Assembly: GCA_013239625.1 (NCBI GenBank)
Contig: MU056000.1
Coordinates: 9,172,970-9,236,969, forward strand
DNA from: Lama guanicoe
Taxonomy: Eukaryota
Reading direction: 5' to 3'
DNA: 64,000 nucleotides
The notes below the pieces were generated by a model that had not been told where the DNA came from, searched no databases, and worked only from the letters and a program-made list of their open reading frames with translations. Of this stretch, positions 39,254 through 52,334 are shown piece by piece. A program made the position numbers and the translations under genes. Each line of letters starts with the position of its first letter. Position 1 is the first letter of the stretch.

Positions 39254-39657
39254 AAATCCATACCCTAATTTGCTATTCAGGACTTCTCAGTCTTCTCTAA
39301 AATCACCTTTCCAGTACAATTACTGTGTTATTTCCCTGCATTGACCTTCTGTATATCCAACACTGTACCACTGTTCTCTATACCATTTCAATGGAGCACA
39401 CACGCCTTATGATGACATGTTTATAAGTGACATTCATCCCACTGGGTCTGGAACAAATGATAACTTTTCTCAGAATCTTTTCCCAATACCACTGATTGAT
39501 ACCAAAATTCTTCTCCTAATTTAGCTATGCTTCTCTCTTGATATGTCTCATATACCTCTTTAATTACAGTTTTCTGTCTCTCTCTGTCATACATGGCATA
39601 AGTTACTAGACATTAAAATAATAATAGCATTAACCTTAAAAACAATACCAGCTAATC

Positions 39658-40150
39658 CTTTTTAAAGAATATATTTGATGTATAACAATGTGTAAATTTA
39701 AGGTATAAAAATATTAATTTGACACATGTATATATTGCAATATAATTGCCAATGTAGCAATAATTAGCTCCTCTATTACATTACAAAATTATCCTTCCTT
39801 TTCAGTAGTTGGAATCATTAAGTTCAAGTATCTGAAGAAGTTTGATGGTTATAATACAACATTATTGTTTATAGGAGTTACTAAACTGGGCTTTAGATCT
39901 CTAGGGCTTTGGTGAGAATGCGAACTGGTTCACCCACTATGGAAAACAATATGAAAGCTCCTCAAAAAATCAAAAACAGATCTACCGTATGATCAGCAAT
40001 TCCACTTCTAGGTGTATAACCAAAGGAAATAAAAATGGGATATTGAGATATCTGCACTCCTACGTTTACTGCAGCATTATTCACGACAGCCAAGATACGG
40101 AAACAACCTTAGTTCTCATCAGGGGATGGATGGACAAAAATGATGTGTTC
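39658..40150 (-). mobile_element. L1MA9-like element with a 5' inversion (3'UTR on -, 39658-39908; ORF2 end on +, 39910-40150)
   Basis: The antisense 3'UTR aligns by eye with 59678-59935. It is followed directly by sense ccactatggaaaacaatatg...gcaattccacttctagg...gcagcattattcacgacagccaagatacggaaacaacct. Confidence 0.8.
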
Positions 40151-42026
40151 ATCTCACTAGACAAGAGCTAGAATCACAGATTTCTGCTAGATAATTCCTT
40201 CTCCATCTAGGACATGCTGAAAGGACTGAGGGGCAAAATGATCAAGCTTCCTAGGGCCCTATTGTTAAATTAAGAGGATTTGAGACAAAACTAATCTTAA
40301 AGCAAAGAGAGAGAGAAAACAAGAGAGTGAGAGTGACAGAGGGAGAGACAGACAGACACAGAAATGTTCAAGTTTAATACTCTATCATCAGGCTCCCCAA
40401 AATTTAGTAGTAAAATTGATTTTTTCTTGAGGATGGAAAACATTCAATTGTCTTTAAACAACACTTTAGCCAACATAAATTTTAGTATTTTAAATAGACA
40501 ACTGAAATACACAAATCAATCATTACCCCCTATATTTCTGACCATTCTTATCTTTCAGATGCTCATATTTTCTGTCATTTTACCTGACTTTTTTCCTTTT
40601 TTAATTTCTAGATCCACTTCACAGCTCATTTGCTGGCAATATCACATAATTGGTTTTCTCTTTGATGCGTTCTGAATACCCGGTTTTAGGTTAGGACTTT
40701 GAACAATGGAGCACATATCTCTGTCTGCCCAATAAACCAAATTTATGGCAAAAAAGCTTGATTTTTAAGCTCTCATAGACAAGGAGGGCAATTTATTTTT
40801 TGCTTCCATTGAGTTCATTTCACATATTGGGGAAATCTGTTTTGGATAAACTAAAACCTTTTTTTCCATCCACTTCCTCTTGGCTTTTTTTCATCAATTA
40901 TCCCCTTTGTTTCTGTTTGTTTGTTTGTTTTGAAGGTCAGAGACTAAGGGAAAAGAGTCTTAATTTATAACCCCTCATTTTTTTCTTTCATTATTAATTA
41001 TCTGTTTGAAAGTAGTAGACAATAAATGCCTCTACTTCTTTATGCCCATTCAATAAACTTTAAAAAAAACTAAGGTGGTTTATCATCATTTATTTGTCAA
41101 TGCTTCCCTGTACCTCAATAAACTCTTATACCGAGGAGAGTGATGCTGACACCATCAGGCCTGCCATCCTTAACTCCTTGTAGCATTTTATCTTCATGAC
41201 CACAATCTCTAACCTTGAAATGTCCTCTAAAGTCTGATCTTTTTTCCAGACTCCGTACCATGTCTTATTGATGTCAAATTGAATACTGAATTATAAACTT
41301 ACCTCTGGTTGATATCTTCCATTTGTCAGTCTCCTTCCACTTCATCCATACATTTACCTCTAAGTATCTCCTCTCTCTTGTTAACTGATTATATAGGTAA
41401 TTCCCAAATCTGCAGATGGCTCCACCTTCTGAAATCTAGTCCAGAATCTTCAACTACCCCTTTGGAATTTCCTATAAGTTCCCATTATCTGTAAAGAAAA
41501 AAACTAAACAAAGCAAAGAAACAAAAACAAAAATCCCCAAAACACGTTCTCAAAGTCATCTTCTTGAGTTTCCCACTAAGAAAAATAGCACAGAGGTTAT
41601 CAGTGCTCCCTGGTAAACACATGTTTCAGATACAAGTAGAAGCTCCATAATAGCTCCCACATCTTCACCCTTCTGACCTCTTCTAACGCTTACCATTGCT
41701 CATGGAGCTGAACACTTACTACTTCACTCTGGTAGGTATTTATCAAGTACCAGCTATAAGCAAGCATTCCCCTGGGTCCTGGAACATAAAGATGAAAAGG
41801 ATAGTGGTAACACATAGTTTAAATTTTCAACAAGCCCATCTATTTGACATTCATATTATTATATATATGAATTTGTGGATATTTTCCTATGATTTAAAGT
41901 AAAAATGACACAGAAAAAATCACTATATAAAACATATCTCCATAGCATTTTCCATCAATATGCTCAAATACATTATATCTTATGATATATATATTTTTTA
42001 CTGTTCCAAGTCTTACAAATATTTCA

Positions 42027-42230
42027 TTTTTTTTAACATTTTTATTGATTTATAATCATTTTGCAATGTTGTGTCAAATTCCAGTGTTCAGCACAATTTT
42101 TCAGTCATACATGGACGTATACACACTCACTGTCACATTTTTTTCTCTGTGAGCTACCATAACATTTTGTGTATATTTCCCTGTGCTATACAGTGTAATC
42201 TTGTTTACCTATTCTACAATTTTGAAATCC
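42027..42230 (-). mobile_element. 5'-truncated lineage-type (camelid-like) L1 3' end
   Basis: T-run, then aacattttttattgatttataatcattttgcaatgttgtgtcaaattccagtgttcagcac...tatatttccctgtgctatacagtgtaatcttgttt. Related to 2083-2248. Confidence 0.85.
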
Positions 42231-42295
42231 AAAGTGTTGGTTAAAGTATAACATAAGACTCAATACGACTTATGTTATATTTTAACCAACACTTT
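42231..42295. repeat. 27-bp inverted repeat with an 11-nt spacer
   Basis: aaagtgttggttaaagtataacataag (42231-42257) vs cttatgttatattttaaccaacacttt (42269-42295): 26/27 complementary. Confidence 0.95.
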
Positions 42296-43261
42296 TGATC
42301 AACATATATAGCCAGCATAAATGTTTCCCTCAAATCAAGACAAAGCTCAGGTTTTGAGTGCTTTGAGTGAAGAATCTAAACAGAGTTTGTTTGTGCTTGA
42401 TATAGTAAAATAAAGAAGTAACAACGTTTGTTTATATAGACTTAGCCCCAAATTCTCTGTCTGTGGCAATAAGAGTGTCTTTAATAAGAGCATCTCCCGA
42501 TGCAGGGAACTCATCTTTCACGTGAGAAATTTGAAATTGGTTATTCAAAATAATCAATATTATATGTGGCCCTCCCTGAGCCCTACCATGTGTATTCATG
42601 TGTAGAAGACAGATATTGTCAAAAATGGAATCAGTAGGACAAAGTAAATAATCGAGTTTATGTCGTGGTGGGAAGAGGAGAGAGCAGTAGCCTGTTACAA
42701 TTCATCGTCTGTTCACACAGTTATGATGGACACATATGGAGCTCCCCATGTAGGAAGATCTTGTGGATTTTGTGAACATGTACATGAAAACTTACCTATG
42801 GATGCCTGCACGCCGTTCCTCGCATAAGCACGATGTTCCACGAGCCACTCACAAGAGAACGCATACGGAGAGCAGAACTGCAGTTTACCAAAAACGTTAA
42901 ATTTTAGTTTGAAAAGAAGCATACCTCTCTTAGCTAGAATGGCTTTTCTGGACAATCCAGAGTTTTTATCTGTGAATTTAAAACTTCAGTCTTATTAACA
43001 GATGCAGACTGACTGTGGAACACCAGCTATTGGAACTTGCCCAAGCACACTCTCTCTGAAAGGGGAAAGCTGCCTCGGTACCCAAGTCGCCCATCCACAT
43101 CGGACTCCGCCAAAAGTCACTTTTTATTAGAGCAGGTGGGAGAGTGTCCAGAGCAGTCCTACAGCGGGCGTTCTCCCTCTTCTCACACACATACACCCCA
43201 AATAAAGTTGGAAATATACTTTTTAAATGTCGTCATCTCCATATTTGATACATAGTGGATA

Positions 43262-43721
43262 CCCTGGCTTGAATAATGCCCCTCTCCAAACAAATTCATG
43301 TCCACATAGAACCTCGGAAAGGTTTTGAGGAGTGGAAAAAGGGTTCTTCCGGATGTGATCCATTAAATTAAGACGAGGTCACACAGCACTAGGGTGGGTC
43401 CTACATCCAGTGACTCGTGTCCTTATAAGAGCAGGAAAGGACACACAGAGTCATGGAGATGTGGAAGGAAGAAGGCCATGGTGACAATAGAGGTGCAGAC
43501 TGGAGTGATGCAGCTATAAGCCAAGGAAGGTCAAGGTTTGCCAGTAATTACCAAATATTGGGACCAGGTAAGGAAGCGTACTCCTGGGGAAGGAGAAAGA
43601 ATGGTCACACCAACATCTTGATTTTGAACTTTCAGCCTCCAGAACCATGGGACAATGAATACTTGTTGTTTTAAGCAACCCGATGTAGGACACTCTATTG
43701 CAGCCCTAGGAAATTAATACT
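43262..43721 (+). mobile_element. MaLR solo LTR (MLT1B/C-like)
   Basis: aaattcatgtccac...ttaagacgaggtcacac...tagggtgggtcctacatccagtgactcgtgtccttataaga...ttcagcctccagaaccatgggacaat...gcagccctaggaaattaatac. Confidence 0.9.
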
Positions 43722-44544
43722 GTAGGATCAGTAATTTTGGTTAAAACCGATATTAAAATTTGTGACTACTTAAACTAATTATCTGAAATGGAAAAAAATT
43801 ACCACATAAAGAAAATAAGAAAAGGGAATCCAGAAAGTAGTAATTTTTCATAAATTGCTGCTTGATATGGAAACCTGAAGACTGAAGGTATGCGTTTGAC
43901 ATGTATTTCAAGCATTCCTGACAGAATCCTCCACTCTTTCATCTGTTTCCTTAGGGTTAAAAGGCTTAGCTACAGTTTGAAATACTTCATATAGATAAGC
44001 TTATGGACTCAGCTTTTAATGAGACTATTTCAGGAAGAAATACATAATTAAAAGTATAAATCGAGACTTAAACCCAGCTAAAAGGATTTCTACTAAAATC
44101 ACAATATGTGTATGCAAATTCACTAGAGTTTAACACACTGGAGGTAAAAAAAGAAAAGAAACTTACAGAAAATGCTCATGCTCAAATTTCAGTGCTATAG
44201 AAGAAAAGGGGGCGGCTTCTTATCTCATGAGAGAGGATGTTTGTGTGCTTCCCTTTGTTTTTGTTGTTGTCTGCTGTTTGTCATGTGGAGACTGAGGATC
44301 TCCAGTACTCTTTTTATTGCATAAATGATACGTTCTTGAGTTGTTTCCAATATGGAAGCCTCTTTCTGACATGAGTGTGGATCTCGGTGCCAGGAATGTG
44401 AACTGGGCTCCATGTTGCCACTCCTGGGGGCAAGTGAGAGGTCTGAGGACCGCTCATCCCTCTGCCGTGAGGAGCTGGGCTGTGAGGTGCGTTTCAGCCT
44501 ATTCAGGAAAACTGGTTTTTCACATTTGCCTACCTTCTGTATGT

Positions 44545-44635
44545 CCTCTTCTCCTTGCTTTCTCTTTCTTCCTTTCATTTCCTTCTTTCCTTCTTTCCTT
44601 CCTTCCTTTTTCCTTAATACCTTTTATCTTTCTTA
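44545..44635. repeat. CT-rich low-complexity tract ((TTCC/TTTC)n-like)
   Basis: Directly visible. Confidence 0.8.
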
Positions 44636-46089
44636 AATATTTTCAACTCTTGTTGTAATGGTGCATTCCTTTCCTTATGATTTTATATTTTCTAAATTCA
44701 TAATAATTAATATATGCTACTTTAATTTTATTTTTATCATTGTAAAAGCCATAGATGGTGTTAACGAGGGGTAGATAATTCCTCTATATGTAGAAGAACA
44801 CTATCCAATTAGACCACTTATTGAAGCACTTGGGTGAGTGTAGCTTTACCTTTCTCCTTGTTCTTATCACTTTTTTAAAGTTTTTATTAGTATTGTATTG
44901 AACTTATATAATTTTAAGTTATTATAATTGAGTTAGAAAGCAAACTAATTTCTCATTCTTTTTTTTTTACAGTAGAAACATCACTTTAGCATCTTACAGC
45001 CATGCTCAAGTAGTCAAGCTACATAGTGTCTTTTGCTTACTGGGCACATGCTTAAGATTAAAGAAATGGCAATCTATAAGCTAAAGCTGAAAATGTCAGT
45101 GTGTGAATTGACATACAGAATAGATAATTATCAAATGGTATAGTAATTATAAGAGTTTTTAAGGAGTACCATTTGCTTATTAAAAGGTAGGAATACAATT
45201 TCTATTGGAAAAAGGATTAGAGTCCTTAATATATTAACTAAAAGTTTGGCAAATGTTATATTTGAATTTAATGACAGAGAAATTGCCTGAAAAGAAAAAA
45301 GCAACAATACATGTCTTGTAAATTAGTGAAGAGATTTTGCCACTGTCAACATTAATATTTAATCATCAAAGAGTGAATATTTAAAAGATGATATGGTAAC
45401 TGTGAATACTTGTTTTTAATATCTAGCTAGTCTCACATCACTCTAATAAAACAATAAAATAAGTCACTTTAGTTCATTTTGCTAATGCTACATGACGTGT
45501 GTGTCAGAAGGAAATTGTTCATCACACTTCCTCAAGGCAGAGCCACAGGAATGATATTTTACTTCCTGTGGTAATATTATGGCTTTTTCCCCCAGCTTGT
45601 AATTGCATAAAGTGTCAAGAAAGAAAATGCTTCTAAGTAAAATACAATACATATCAACTCAAAGAATTACATCAAAAATGCTAACTTGCTGTTTTCTCAA
45701 CATGGATAATAGCTTTGCTTAGGGGCACTGAAAGCAGAAATAGTATCACATGTTGTCAACGGGGCAGAGATTGTTGAGACATGTTGCTCCATAAAAGAGA
45801 AACAGAAATGTTTTACTTACAAAAATAGCTGTATGAAAAGGGAAAATAGAAATCTGTACACCTGATATTACAGCATCTCTTTACCTTTGGGATTGTATTT
45901 TCAGATTCCTTAAGAAAATCATTATTATAGACTCAGACCATAAAGGTAATAGCTTAAATATATATTTAGATTAGAATAGTTTTAATTGTTAATGTTTTCA
46001 CTGCCATAAACAATAGTAATTAATCAGTGATTTATCTTCTGGGGCAAGAAAGTACATAGAGATCCTCTACAAAATGGACCTAAGGGAGT

Positions 46090-46750
46090 TGAAAGACATA
46101 TGGTGAAACTAACTTAAAGAATGAGTGAAATAACTAGATATAATTAATGAGGGAATAGTGGAGACCTAGGATTGCCCACAGTTGTCCAGACTGAGAGAGT
46201 AGGTAAGTGATCATGTCATTCTCTGAGATTAACAAAAATGATATAATAAGATATATGGGCAAAATTGGACTAACATGTTTATAAAGCAGATGAGAATGGA
46301 TGATCATAGAACACCTAAATGTATAGGTGTGGGGCTATGCAGAAAGAGATGGGAAAGAAAAAAAAAATCTCAGTCACTAATTGGACAAAAAGAGACAGAC
46401 AGACTAGAGAATAGAAGAAAGAATTGAGTCAAAGAAAGAAACATTTCAAAGTTGTACTGACACTGAAGATCACAGCTGAGGTCATAGTTTCACATAAATT
46501 AGTTCTTCATAGCACAGGGGAAGAACCTGAGAACACCAGAGTGGGTATATAAGAGAAAGAAAGTGAGGATGCTGAGGACACTGGGCAAATGCTGGTGGAT
46601 GTAGAGAATAAAGAACCTGGGTTGCAATAGAAAAGAAATAAGTAACTCCAAGATCAACAGAGTAAGAAAAATGGAAGAATGAGGGGATAAAAGCATTGAT
46701 AAGTTAGAAGAACCCTTTAAAGGAAACCAAGGAAATAGCAGGTACAAAAG
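46090..46750 (-). mobile_element. Highly decayed L2-like purine-rich fragment
   Basis: gtgatcatgtcattctctgagat; gaggtcatagtttc; strong purine bias typical of antisense L2. Confidence 0.4.
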
Positions 46751-47384
46751 ATAGAAGCTGTTGTCAGATAATGCTGTCTATTTCTTGTTACACGTGGTTA
46801 TACAGAAGAAGTGGTTTGGTCCCAGTCCTAAAACATGCGAGATGATCCATGTATCTGAGTCCATCAACTGACGTAGTACCCCTACGCCTAGGTCAGCTTT
46901 TGAAGGGCTTTTGTATATCCAGCTACCTGGAGGCAAAAAAGATAGTCAACTCTTTTGGAACTCTTTTTCTAAAGTTGGCATTTAAATGGATCCATCTACG
47001 ATAGTGGGAAGTTTTGAAAAAGTGAGGGCTTCTCCAACTCCATCTGAGCACAGAAACTTTGGAGGTCCATTTTTGCTTCTTAGAGTGTAGACAGGAAAGT
47101 GGTTTTACTAGAAGAGTCCAAGAAGTCAAGTCTCATGTAGTGTCACTGTATATTCCAAGAGTATCTAGAGAAAAAGTAACAGCCAAATAGAATAACTCTC
47201 AGTGGACAATACAGCAGAATATCTGTCTTCTTCAGTTAGTAGCAGGATTCCAACAGAAGTGGGACATTTCCCAAATATGTGCTTGCATCTGTTTGCTTCT
47301 GCTCCTTTAGCTAAAGTCCAGAATCAGTGTGAAAGTCACAATCCATGGTGTAAATATATTTAAATCATATTACATAATATGTTA

Positions 47385-48440
47385 CGTATGAATAAACTCA
47401 ACAATAAGTGTGCAAGAAATCTACAATAGAAATTACAAAGTATTGCTTAGTGAATTTAAAGAAGACCTAAATAAATGGAAATGTATGCTATGTTCATGTT
47501 TTGGAAAGATTCGATGCTGCAAATTGTAATTTCTCTCCAAAATAACCTACAGAATAGCATGATTCCAACAATAAACCCAGTAGATTTTTTATTGTTTTTG
47601 CAGAACTTTGCAAATTGTTTCTAAACTGTGTATGGAAATTCAAAAGACCAAAAATTTCCAAAACAATTAAAAAAAACTTCTACTTATTTGATTTCAAGAA
47701 TTACTGTAAATCTATACTAATAAAGACAGTAGAATATTGACAAAAGGATTGACAAATGGCTCAAAAGAAACAAATAGCACAAAACTAAAGCTATCTTAAC
47801 ATAACCACTTGATATTTGACAAAGGTTCCAAAACAGCCCAAAAGGAAAGGGGAAGTTTTTCCAATAAATATTTCATAAAAACAGAACATACTGTATGCAA
47901 TAAAATTAAACTGAAATCCTACCTCACACCATACACAAAAATAGAACATAACCTAAGACATAATATGTTTAGAAGAGAAATAATCTAGTAGGATATCTCC
48001 ATAATTTGGGATCAGTAAATATTTCTTAGGATACAGAATGTAATAAACATAAAGAAAAAAGTTGCTAACTTAGACTTCATCGAAGTTGAACATTTTTGCT
48101 CATCTGGAGTCACTCTTAAGAAAATGAATAGGAAAGCCACATTCTTGGGGGGACAATATATGCAAAGCAAGTGTCTAAGAAAGGACTGTCATTTAGGATA
48201 CGTAAGTAAATTAATGATTAGAAAAACAAACTCCAGAACAGGCAACAATTTGAAAAAACACATCATTAAAGTATGTAAATCACCAATAAGCACATGACAA
48301 CCTTGGCCATCAAAGAAGTTCAATTTAAAATCACATTAACCTACAAATGCTTCAGAAAGGTAAAACTAAAAATACTGGAAGTTGAAAGTGTTAGAAAGTG
48401 TGTGTAACAGCCAGGACTCACATCCACTGTTACTAGGAAA
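47385..48440 (+). mobile_element. L1M ORF2 3' fragment
   Basis: ttaaagaagacctaaataaatggaaa; tatggaaattcaaaagacc; tgatatttgacaaaggt; cctacctcacaccatacacaaaa; aagaaaatgaataggaaagccaca. Confidence 0.9.
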
Positions 48441-49710
48441 TCCATAGAGAGTGTAGAAATTAACTATTGTATGCATTTAAAAACTCTTACAACATACATA
48501 ATTGATTTAAGATCAAGAATCCTCTAAATTTACAATTAGCATGACATTTTCATATTTCTTGTTGTAACTTAACTTTTCATCTTGATTTACTATAGGAAGC
48601 TTCAATCTCAACATCACTGGTTGCCTTGAAATATGAGCACACACAAGTCCCCTAGTAACTTATTAAAAACTTTCAACCTTTCAATGATACTGGAAACATA
48701 AAAATCTTTAATTTTCTTTGATTGTTTGCAGGTCTCCTGTGCATTAAATTGCAACTGGAAAAAAATTCTATTTCATGTCACCAGACCCAATGCCATCAAA
48801 TTAAATTACTGGTAAACTTTCTCTTTAGCCCAATGGCATGTCAGTACTTTGTATTTTCATAACATTTTGTATTCCTATTTTCTTATTCAAGTACTTACCA
48901 AACTTCCCTGTTAAACTAAAATTTCAGTAAGTGTAGCATCCATGTACATTTACAGTATTTTACCCAATAATGATTTTACTTACCACAACGAGCTTCTAAA
49001 GCTATAGAACAATTCATATTTATCTACCCAGATATCTTCAAATGGTAAACACACATATATCTGATATATGCATGGTGGCAAAAGTTTGGCAAAAGTTCAG
49101 CAAATATTTATTGACTGAATAAATTGATGAAAAAAATCTACAACTATTTGCACTGTACTATTTTATTTTTCATTTCTGTTTTTAAACATGCTATAGCTCC
49201 ATTGCTTACAAGATTGACTACTTCTATAAGATATTTAAGACTATTAAAATAAAAATATAAGTTAAAAGAATGAGACAAAACTATTTACACTGCATCCATA
49301 ATTAAGTCCAAGATTAGCAAAGTAAAAACAATTACCAATTTTAAAATATTTGAATAACCTATTTAGATTTAGCATGGTACTTGTGATAAAATAGCTTGTG
49401 ATAAATTTCTTTCAAATAGTTGATCAATTTGATTGTGTCTTTCTGATACAATGGTCTGTGTTTATTTTTCATATCATGAGAATGGAATTCCATATTTTTT
49501 TATTTACCATTGATTAACCCTTTTTCTTAATGGATATTTCTTTTGTGCTTACCCAGAACAAGGTATCATATATACTAGAAGCTGGGAAAATGTGATGAAT
49601 AAAGACAGTATTTGTGCTGCAGGAACTGGTGATCTAATGAGGAAGATATTTTAACAATGATTCAACCAGGACCATATTTAGTTTCAGACTAACATATGGA
49701 AAAACATCTC

Positions 49711-50495
49711 TGTTAGGTAGAATTCTACCACCACCTCCCTCCCCCACCCCCATCCCTCCGTCACCCAAGATTTCATCCCCTAATCCCTAGGGCTGTGCAT
49801 ATGATGAGATAGAACATCCTAATTATGCTGTGTTAAAGGTGGGGGGGATTTTTCAGATGCAATTATGGTTATTAATCAATTGATTTTGACTTAATCAAAA
49901 GAGAGATTTACGTGGTTGGTGACATGGATACTGCTTTAAATGGATATTATCCAATCTCCAATTGCATATAAACTCTTTAAAAACAGAGAATTCTCTGGCT
50001 GGTGGCAGAAGGTGAAGCTGGAGACATTTGAAAATTGGGAAGGATTTGATGTGACATCGCTGGCTTGAAGGTGGGAGGAATGTAATGAGGAATATGCATG
50101 GCTTCTAGAAACTGAGAGAGGGCCTTGGCTGACATAGCCAGCAGGGAAAGAAAGACCTCCATCCAATGGTTGTTGCAATTGAATTTGACCAACAACTAGA
50201 ATGAGTGTGAAAGTGGATTGACCTTGACTTCAACTACGTGCAACCATAACAGAAATCCAGTTTAATCCTGTCTCGACTTTTGCTTTTCAGAACTATGAGA
50301 TAATTAGTGGGGATTGTTTTAAGCTGCCTAATCATGATGATTTTCCATGCAGCAATTGAAAACAGCTATGGGGAGAGGAGGGTATAGCTCAGTGGTGGAG
50401 CACATGCTTAGCATGCACGAGGTCCTGTGTTCAATCCCCAGTATCTCCATTAAAAAAAATAAATAAAATAAAAAAAAGAAAGAAAACTACTAACA
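49711..50495 (+). mobile_element. MaLR solo LTR (MLT1E-like) with a SINE inserted at its 3' end
   Basis: tgttaggtagaattcta...gattttgacttaatcaaaagagagatt...aattgaatttgaccaacaactagaatgagt...cagaactatgagataattagtggggattgttttaagctgc...gcagcaattgaaaac. Confidence 0.9.
50370..50481 (+). mobile_element. tRNA-Ala-derived SINE (camelid vic-1 type), short form
   Basis: ggagggtatagctcagtggtggagcacatgcttagcatgcacgaggtcctgtgttcaatccccagtatctcca followed directly by an A-rich tail. Degenerate TSD gaaaacagcta / gaaaactacta. Confidence 0.9.
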
Positions 50496-51094
50496 GCTCT
50501 GAGAGCACAAGTTAGACAGTTTTACTGTCTTTAGAACCAAGTATGGTTTCACTGCAGACAGGAATTTTTATCTGTCTTAGATAGGCAGCATTTCCTCAGC
50601 TTTGAAAAATCTTATCAATAAGTTGGGTAGATGATCAAAGGCAAGAGGCAAAATGACTATAGTGCATTCAGGAGTCATGCACTTATGTAATGCCACAAGA
50701 ACGCCTAGGATTTAATGGCAGGTGAGACCTCTAAGATTGGCTGAGAACACTTTGCGAAGACACTCAAACAGCAATGCTAATAAACTTTGACCTCTCAACA
50801 ATAAAAATTCACGGAAAGCTTTAATCGCTTGTTTTATAGAGGAGTGGCATGGTTTCTGTTTGAGAAAATTACCACCAACAAAAAAGCCAAGATTGAAAAA
50901 ATAAATGTTGTCATTTTAGACTATGTAGATCTAGAGATTACCAGCCATAATCAGATATATATAGACACTATAAATATTTTAGGAGTTTTTATAGACCTGT
51001 ATATTTATTTGATTTCATTTATCTGGACTTTGATGTTTTTGGGTGCAATTAGTGTGCAGCCTTGAGAAAATTAAAATTAAAGTATGTGTGCATA

Positions 51095-51560
51095 TAAGTT
51101 TTTTTATTATTTTTGCAACAGAAAATAGGTACACTAAATTGAATGGCATAAACAATAGCATGCATTAATACTCATTCATCTATGAGTCAGCTGGAGAAAT
51201 CTTTGGGTCTTAATGGGGCTCTCTCACGCATCTACTTGCAGCTGTGGATGAGAATCTAAGCTGACAATGGCTGGGCTGTCTCAGTTTGGCTGTAGGCTAT
51301 TAGACAGCCCCAGCTTGGGGAGCTGAGCTCTCCTTCAAGCTGTCTCTTATTCTCCTACAAGCTCTGCCTGTCTCATTGTGAAAGGTAGCTTCATAAATGA
51401 CAGAACATCACTACATCCATGCTCTATTGGAAGAAATAAGTCACAAGTTTAGCCCATGTTAAAGCTCTTGGGAAACTGATTTCATTGCTTGATGACAAGT
51501 GAGCCAAGTCATAAGGCAATGATTGTAGATACAGGAAAGAATAATGGTTTCGGTCTCCAT
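51095..51560 (-). mobile_element. MaLR LTR (MLT1H-like)
   Basis: atggcataaacaatagcat...tgagtcagctgg...ggggctctctcacgcatct...catcactacatccatgctctattgg...aagtcacaag. Confidence 0.7.
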
Positions 51561-52334
51561 CAGTCCATTACTGTATGTTGTCACTTCTTCAAGTAAACCT
51601 CCACCCATTGGTTGTAAAGTCATAAAATCAAATGCTTTCAGGATCAAATGAATGATGTAAGATATGAAAATACCTGAACAATAGGGACATACTGTGTTTG
51701 GCAAACTGGGAAGGGGATGATTATTGCAAAGATAATTTCAAAAGCAATTTTAAAAAGCAGTGTTATAGGCAAACATCTTTCAAGGAAAAACTCAGCCTTT
51801 GGTTATATTATCTTTTATTAAAGAAAGGTCAGTTTTAATTTGAATGATATGCGTTTCTGATTTCAATACTTACTAGTTTTCTTTGTAATATTTCCCTCTA
51901 CCATACCGTAACTTTTCAGTGAAATAATTCATTTTACTTTCTCTCAGGGCAAGGGCTTTACCCTGACCTGCTTGTCATTGTTTCCAGTCTCATGATGCAT
52001 TGCAAACTCTTCAAGTATAGAAATATTAGCTCATTTCTTTTCAGGAATAATTTCAGAAGCATCAATATCAACATATTTCTGGATGTTTATCAATCATTGT
52101 CTTTTTTGACTTTATTTTTTGTTATGAAGGAAGTTTTTGCCATTCTAATGCTGGCTAGTTTGAATCAGAATTGCAAAACAAAGTGCTCAGAATACTTATT
52201 AATATTAATGGTGATCACATTTCCCCCGAGAATAGTCCCATAATAGCTGATAATTCCATAAACTTAAGTAATAAAATGTTTTGGTTGCAATAGTGGTTTA
52301 CAAGGAAATTTCTTTTTAACACGTATCTAGGTGA

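Noticed and set aside
50376..50449. Apparent tRNA-Ala(AGC) gene
   Set aside because: The T-stem has a mismatch, the acceptor stem is imperfect, an A-rich tail replaces a T-run terminator, and it sits inside an LTR with a TSD-like flank. It is a SINE head, as is 7361-7438.
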